A DNA stretch of 64,000 nucleotides, from NCBI GenBank assembly GCA_042217555.1, contig JBDGSL010000002.1, positions 79,343 to 143,342 on the forward strand. Reading direction: 5' to 3'. Below are positions 58,609-64,000 of this stretch, one piece after another; the first letter of the stretch is position 1, and every line of letters begins with the position of its first letter. The position numbers were made by a program, and so were the translations under genes. The notes under the pieces are model-generated. The model did not search any database and was not told the origin of the DNA. It worked only from the letters and a program-made list of their open reading frames with translations. Source of the stretch: Candidatus Nanohalobium sp. (lineage in GTDB: Archaea; Nanohalarchaeota; Nanosalinia; Nanosalinales; Nanosalinaceae).

Positions 58609-59931
58609 ATGGATTCTGAAAGGGTTAAGCAGTATTTGAGGGATTTTCAGGAAAGGGATTTGCCGGGGCTTGTTGAGAGAGATCTTCAAACTCCTGAGAC
58701 TGATAAAATTGTGTCGGTTTACGGTCCTCGGAGAAGTGGTAAGACTTTTTACATGTATCAGAAAATAGTTAATCTGCTTGATTCAGGGGTAGACAAGGAT
58801 CAAGTTCTTTACCTGGATTTTGAGGATACAAGGCTTTCCGGTGTTGGTTACAAGGATTTTGAGGATATTTTGAAGCTTCACTGGGAGTTGAATCCTGAGA
58901 GCAGTGATAAAGAGCTTTACATTTTTCTTGATGAGGTTCAGGTTATTGAGGACTGGGAGAAGGCTGTCAGAACTCTTTATAGTCGGGGATATGACAATAT
59001 TTTCATTACGGGTTCGTCTGCTACTCTTCTAAGCAAAGAAATAGCCACGCAGCTGAGAGGTAGGACTCTTTCTTACATGATGCTGCCTTTATCCTTTAGA
59101 GAATACTTGGAGTTCAAAGATTTCCCTGTACAGAATATACCTGATCTTAGCTCAGAAAATGAAGCCGAGATAAAGAGTCATTTTGAAAACTATGTGGAGT
59201 GGGGAGGGTTCCCTGAAGTAGTTGAAGAGGAAAACGAAATGGTTAAAACCCAGATTCTTCAGGAGTACCGTGAAATGGTTGTTTACAAGGATGTAATCGA
59301 AAGACACAGTATTCAAAACCCGGTTGTCATCAAAACCTTGATTGAACATCTTTACTCATCATTCGCAGCTCCTTTCAGCCCGCATAATCTTTACAACACG
59401 CTTAAGTCACAGGGAATCAAAGTAAGCAAAAAAACCGTTTACAACTACACTGAGTACTTGGAAGAGGCGCTTGGAGTTTTCATGCTGGAGAAATGGAGTC
59501 CATCTTCTAAAAAGAGAAACTTGAGTAAGAAGAAAGCCTATCTGCCTGACACCGGGTTCGGAAACCTTTACACAACTTTTTCAGATAAGAAAGGCCAATT
59601 ACTTGAAAACATTGTTTTCCTGCATCTTAAGAGAAGACAGAACCAGCATCCGCAAGAAGAACTGTACTACTGGCAGAATGAGAATCAGGAGGAAGTTGAT
59701 TTCATGCTGAAGGAGAAGCAAGAGACCAAGGCATTGATACAGGTCAGCCACAGTATAGACGGCTCTGAAACAAGGGAAAGGGAAATTTCAGCACTTCTAA
59801 AGGCTTCGAAACAGTTAGAACCTGAAAAACTTAGAATAGTGACCTGGGATACAGAGAGAACTATTGAAGAAGAGGAAACCCAAATCGAACTGGTGCCGGC
59901 CTGGAAATTCCTTCCAAGCCCAGACCTATGA
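58609..59931 (+). CDS. AAA_14 ATPase with DUF4143 domain
   Basis: GPRRSGKT, FLDEVQ, TGSS, GGFPE, EVDF. Confidence 0.92.
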   Translation: MDSERVKQYLRDFQERDLPGLVERDLQTPETDKIVSVYGPRRSGKTFYMYQKIVNLLDSGVDKDQVLYLDFEDTRLSGVGYKDFEDILKLHWELNPESSDKELYIFLDEVQVIEDWEKAVRTLYSRGYDNIFITGSSATLLSKEIATQLRGRTLSYMMLPLSFREYLEFKDFPVQNIPDLSSENEAEIKSHFENYVEWGGFPEVVEEENEMVKTQILQEYREMVVYKDVIERHSIQNPVVIKTLIEHLYSSFAAPFSPHNLYNTLKSQGIKVSKKTVYNYTEYLEEALGVFMLEKWSPSSKKRNLSKKKAYLPDTGFGNLYTTFSDKKGQLLENIVFLHLKRRQNQHPQEELYYWQNENQEEVDFMLKEKQETKALIQVSHSIDGSETREREISALLKASKQLEPEKLRIVTWDTERTIEEEETQIELVPAWKFLPSPDL

Positions 59932-60051
59932 TCACCTGGTGAAATTTCCCCAAAATGCTTCAGTCCGGCTTTTGGATAGGTTCACGATTTGGATGTTTTC
60001 TGGTTTTGTGGTTTGGTAACCGGTTTAAGTTTTGAGTTCTAACTTGGTTGT

Positions 60052-60356
60052 ATGTCTGAGGTTGATTCTGTTTCTGACATGGTTTTGAAGCGGGCGGAGA
60101 GCCTGGGTTTTGAGGATTCTGATGAGTTGATTGATACGGCCTTGGAGACGTTTTTGGCTTCTCGCCCTGATTTGAGGCTTGACTTGGCTGTAAGTCTTTA
60201 CAGGGAAGGTGAGGTGTCTTTGAGTAGGGCTGTTGAGGTTTCTGGCGTCGGGAGAACCGAGTTTAAGAGGAGTTGTCTGAAAGAGGGGTTGTGAGAAAAA
60301 GCGGTTCTGTAGATGGTTCTGTTGAAAGTTTTGATGATTACGTGGGTCAAAAATGA
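60052..60356 (+). CDS. UPF0175-family antitoxin, frameshifted near 60267
   Basis: AVSLYREGEVSLSRA. Confidence 0.75.
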
Positions 60357-60800
60357 TTGTTGCTGATACTGATTTCCTAAGTGCTTTCCTGAAGATTGAG
60401 GAATTGGACTTGGTTCTTGAAGTTTTTTGAAGAGAGTGAAGTTGTTATTCCTGTTCAGGTTAGAGAAGAGCTTGTTCAAGAGCTTGAAGAAGAGTTAGGT
60501 GAAAAAATTAGAGTGGTTGAAGCTGATCCCGTAACTGATTCCTGTCTTGGTAGAGGTGAGAGAGCTGCCATAGCAGTGGCTGATGAGGAAGACTTGCTTT
60601 TGATGAATGATAGGAAAGCGACTGAGAGGGCGTCTAAGGAAGGGCTGAGAATAGTGACTATCCCTGGATTCCTTGAAGTAGTGAAGAGGGAGAGAGGAGA
60701 AGAAGTTACATCCGATTTGGCGAATCAACTGAGGGAAGAAGATAACTACAGGTTTTCTAAACAGGAAATTGACAGACTAAACCTGGATTCTCACCGATAA
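60353..60800 (+). CDS. PIN-domain protein (DUF3368-like), frameshifted in a T run at ~60425
   Basis: MIVADTDFLS + LGRGERAAI...LLMND. Confidence 0.78.
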
Positions 60801-60849
60801 AAGCTTAATAGACAACTCTTGTGGTTGGAGTCGGCTACAAGTTTCACTT

Positions 60850-61059
60850 TTAGTCTTCACTGAGGAAGTCGTCAGCCATGTCTTTGTTGATCTTGTCGGC
60901 AATTTCTTCTACCTCTTCTTCTGTTAATTCACTGCTTTCGGCGATTTCATCCATTACCTCGAAATCCTTCAATTTTTCAATCGCTTCCAGATCTACTATC
61001 TTCTGTTCAAATGCATCGCGTGCGACCTGGCTCCAGTTGATCTCTTGGTGGTCCGACAT
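60850..61059 (-). CDS. Antitoxin-like protein
   Basis: EINWSQVAR motif. Confidence 0.55.
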   Translation of the reverse strand: MSDHQEINWSQVARDAFEQKIVDLEAIEKLKDFEVMDEIAESSELTEEEVEEIADKINKDMADDFLSED

Positions 61060-61161
61060 CTTATCCTTGAATTCATGTGTTATGGGTAGGAGAGTTTCCT
61101 CAATGCAGGAGGCTTTTAGAGGAGGTAAACTGGTTTAAGTCTTGAAGCCTATTTGTTTGGT

Positions 61162-61377
61162 ATGGTTGATGTTGTTGTTGATGATGATGTTCGGCATGGT
61201 AAGCCCGTTATTGAAGGTACTCGTGTGACGGTGGAGGAGGTTTTAGGTATGCTTGAGGCAGGTATGGATTTTGATGATATTGAAAGTGAGTACGGTGTGG
61301 AGAGGGAAGGTGTTCAGGCTGCTGTAAGATATGCTTCTTCGTTTATGAAGGGGGAGAAGACCGGTTCACTGGCTTGA
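61162..61377 (+). CDS. DUF433 protein
   Basis: RHGKPVIEGTRVTV. Confidence 0.9.
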   Translation: MVDVVVDDDVRHGKPVIEGTRVTVEEVLGMLEAGMDFDDIESEYGVEREGVQAAVRYASSFMKGEKTGSLA

Positions 61378-61383
61378 TGCTTT

Positions 61384-61743
61384 ATGGATTTCTTAATTGA
61401 TGAAAACTTGCCGAATAGTCTTTCCGAAGAACTTAGAGACCATGGTTTTGAAGCAGAAAATATCAGGGAGCTTGATAGGAAAGGAGATCCGGATTCTGAA
61501 GTTTTCAACGTTGCCTTAGAAAATGATGCCGTTCTAATTACAAGGGATTTAGAGTTTGGAAGTCCTGAACACTATGATACAGGGAAGTATGAAGGGTTAC
61601 TGATTGTTAGATTGGGTGTTTCCCTGAAGGCGGAAAAACTTGTGAGTAAAACTGTAGATGCCATTGAGGAGATAGGATTTGAAGACCTGAAGAGCTCTAT
61701 AACTGTTTTAGAAAGCGGCAGGTATAGGACTAGAGAGATATAA
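61384..61743 (+). CDS. DUF5615 PIN-like protein
   Basis: FLIDENLP, LITRDLEFG. Confidence 0.9.
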   Translation: MDFLIDENLPNSLSEELRDHGFEAENIRELDRKGDPDSEVFNVALENDAVLITRDLEFGSPEHYDTGKYEGLLIVRLGVSLKAEKLVSKTVDAIEEIGFEDLKSSITVLESGRYRTREI

Positions 61744-61948
61744 TCTCTCGTTGTTTGTAAACCAGTTATCCGAACACTTTAGCTCTGAAGACTTTCAAAA
61801 CACTGTTTTTGAAGTATCGTTCCGGTGATTCTCCTGAGGAATTAACTGGAAGTTTTGAACGGTTGGAGCTGTCTGATGTCTACGGAGCTATTTCTTTCTA
61901 TCATTCCATGTGGTAACCGGTTTAAGTTTTGAGTTGTAAACCGGTTGT

Positions 61949-62242
61949 ATGTCTGAGGTTGATGTTGAGTCGGTGGCTCGTATTACTGGTGAGTCCGAGG
62001 AAGAGGTTGTTCGGCGTGGTTTGGAGTCTTATGTTGAGTCTGAGCTACGTCAGTGTCGGGCCAGGGTTAAGGAGTTGGAACGTGAGTACGGTGTTGGGTC
62101 TCTTGAAGAGCTTGAGAATGAAGTTGAGTCAGGCGGTGTTGAGGAGCATCCTGCCTGGGAGGCGGTTATTGAATGGAGGAATCTGAAGGACAGGATAGAG
62201 AGACTGGTTTCTCGTCGAAAAGTGATTGAAGACGCCAAGTAG
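61949..62242 (+). CDS. Antitoxin-like hypothetical protein
   Basis: YGV.SLEEL...EHPAWE..IEW. Confidence 0.65.
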   Translation: MSEVDVESVARITGESEEEVVRRGLESYVESELRQCRARVKELEREYGVGSLEELENEVESGGVEEHPAWEAVIEWRNLKDRIERLVSRRKVIEDAK

Positions 62243-62322
62243 GCCTGGAAGAGTTTCTAACTGAAGTAGATGAAAAGTTCTTCAGCTAAACCGGTTTAAG
62301 TTTTGAGTTCTATGTCTTGGTT

Positions 62323-62571
62323 ATGGAGAAGGTTGTGGTTGATGAGGATGTGATGGATGGTCAGCCCAGGGTTAGAGGTACGAGGGTGAGAGTTGTTGAT
62401 GTAGTTGGTTTTTACGAGGTAAGAGGTCTTTCTCCTCAGGAGATCGAGATGCCCGGTGTTGTAAAGATAAACGGCTTTCCTGAGCCTTCAGAGCTTGCTG
62501 ACAGTATTATGGAGAACTTGGAGCCGGTTTCTGAGGAAGACATGAGAAATTTCCTATGTGAAACTGTTTAA
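62323..62571 (+). pseudogene. DUF433 N-half fused to another fragment
   Basis: MDGQPRVRGTRVRV then abrupt change. Confidence 0.55.
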
Positions 62572-62633
62572 GTCTTGGAGTTCTAAACCGGTTGTATGTC
62601 TCGTCATCGTGAGGCTTTTGAGGAGGTGCTTTC

Positions 62634-62960
62634 ATGGATAAGGAAACGGTTGAAAAAGTGAAACAGAAACTGGAGAAAACTGCTGAAGACAAAGACCTGC
62701 AGCTGGATAAAGTTTTAGTTTTCGGTTCTCGCGCAAGCGATGACTACAGAGAAGATAGCGATATCGACTTACTAATCGTTTCCAAGGACTTTGAGGGAGT
62801 GAACTGGAACAAAAGACCGAGACATTTCTACCTCAACTGGGATTATGACAGGCTCCCGGAGCCGGAGTTCATATGCTTAACTCCCCAAGAATTTGAAGAT
62901 AAAAAAGAGGAAAAACCTCATATCGTCCGTACTGCTGTAGATGAAGGAGTCAGCATCTAG
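62634..62960 (+). CDS. Minimal nucleotidyltransferase (MNT)
   Basis: VFGSRA.DD..EDSDIDLL. Confidence 0.9.
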   Translation: MDKETVEKVKQKLEKTAEDKDLQLDKVLVFGSRASDDYREDSDIDLLIVSKDFEGVNWNKRPRHFYLNWDYDRLPEPEFICLTPQEFEDKKEEKPHIVRTAVDEGVSI

Positions 62961-63077
62961 CCGGTTAACTCATATACCTCTCTTTGTATCTAGGCCTTGT
63001 CTGAAAGTTTTACTTCAAAACCCATGCATGCCTTTTAGCATTTTAGTGCTATAAGAGTAGCACTTTAATGTTGCATC

Positions 63078-63308
63078 ATGGCTTCGGTTGATATACCTGC
63101 GGGGCTTGAAAGAGCGATAGACGAGGAAGTTGGGGAAGAAAAGATTTACAAGAACAAAAGCGAGCTTATCAGAGATGCAATCAGAAGGCTCCTAGAGGAA
63201 AAAGGCAAGATCAACAACAAGAAACTATCAGATGAAGTAGTTCAAAACATCAGAGAAGCCAAGAAATCCGACGAATGGAACAACTGGGAAGACCTGAAAG
63301 AACAGTAA
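63078..63308 (+). CDS. RHH antitoxin
   Basis: YKNKSELIRDAIRRL. Confidence 0.8.
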   Translation: MASVDIPAGLERAIDEEVGEEKIYKNKSELIRDAIRRLLEEKGKINNKKLSDEVVQNIREAKKSDEWNNWEDLKEQ

Positions 63309-63876
63309 TTCCCCCCATTCCTATCTTAACAGTTTCCTTCTCCATCGCTTTCACTCCGAACATCTCTTCCTTATCTACAGCAAACAGTCCAAAAACACCT
63401 GTACCCAAAACCTTTCCTTCTGAACTCTTCAATACAAGTTAGTCGACACATACACCACATCGTCCGGAACTACACTCAGCGATCAAAAATATCTTCCCGA
63501 CCCACACACAGATCCAACAAACCTTCTCCCCTTCCTCATCATATTCCAGCAACATACTTCCAACCAGAAAAACAAATCAGAAAAAAATAGCCGGCAGCCA
63601 AAACCTGACAACACAAAAAACACAGAAAAACCCCTCCAAAACCACTGATATCAGGAAAAACACGGCTGAAAACCTTTGAAACCCCAAAAAACCAGCCGAC
63701 ACCAGCCAGAAAACAGAGCCATCAACTAGAAAAACCAGATATAGTCGTCCTCAACCAGTAAAAACCCGGTTACAACAGGGAAACCTTTTAAAGAGTCCTC
63801 CAAGTTAACCATAATATATCTATTCAAAAACAACTACAATCATTCCCCCAACATTACAGGTGATAAACCAAACAAC

Positions 63877-64000
63877 ATGACAACACACAACACAACTTCT
63901 ACGGCCAAATATGCAACCCTCTTATCAGTTTTCCTCCTGGCAACAGGCATGGCGGCGGCTTCCGTCTCAAGCATCACAGGAGACTCTGCCGACAACGTCG
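63877..64000 (+). CDS. Secreted protein, runs off window end
   Basis: SD AGGTGA; signal-peptide-like KYATLLSVFLLATGMAAA. Confidence 0.6.
   Translation, partial: MTTHNTTSTAKYATLLSVFLLATGMAAASVSSITGDSADNV

Overview
Archaeal chromosome segment. The strongly acidic proteome, archaeal-type ribosomal proteins and reduced gene set suggest Candidatus Nanohaloarchaeota (DPANN); this is inference, not a database hit. The core is the S10-spc ribosomal protein superoperon (rpl3 to secY), DUF106, cbf5, rps13-rps4-rps11-rpoD, archease plus an intein-containing RtcB, four intron-containing tRNAs and an S-layer gene. Many intact and decaying toxin-antitoxin modules lie between these. Two things stand out. 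(1) Fourteen ribosomal protein gene junctions contain unannotated 13-36 aa mini-ORFs built from short GAAA...TTTC-type palindromic hairpins. Each starts at or near the upstream stop, ends on or beside the downstream start, and often hides the downstream Shine-Dalgarno in a stem. The same hairpin family occurs in tRNA introns, in duplicated tRNA fragments and as an insertion in a RelE gene. (2) A ~12.3 kb integrase island at tRNA-Gln(TTG) carries a MoxR AAA+ ATPase, a HExxH-peptidase/VWA protein and four tandem paralogues with a shared N-terminal tag (three with GXGXG beta-helix repeats, one truncated). Several accessory-gene frameshifts sit in homopolymers and may be sequencing errors. All family assignments come from motif recognition by eye.
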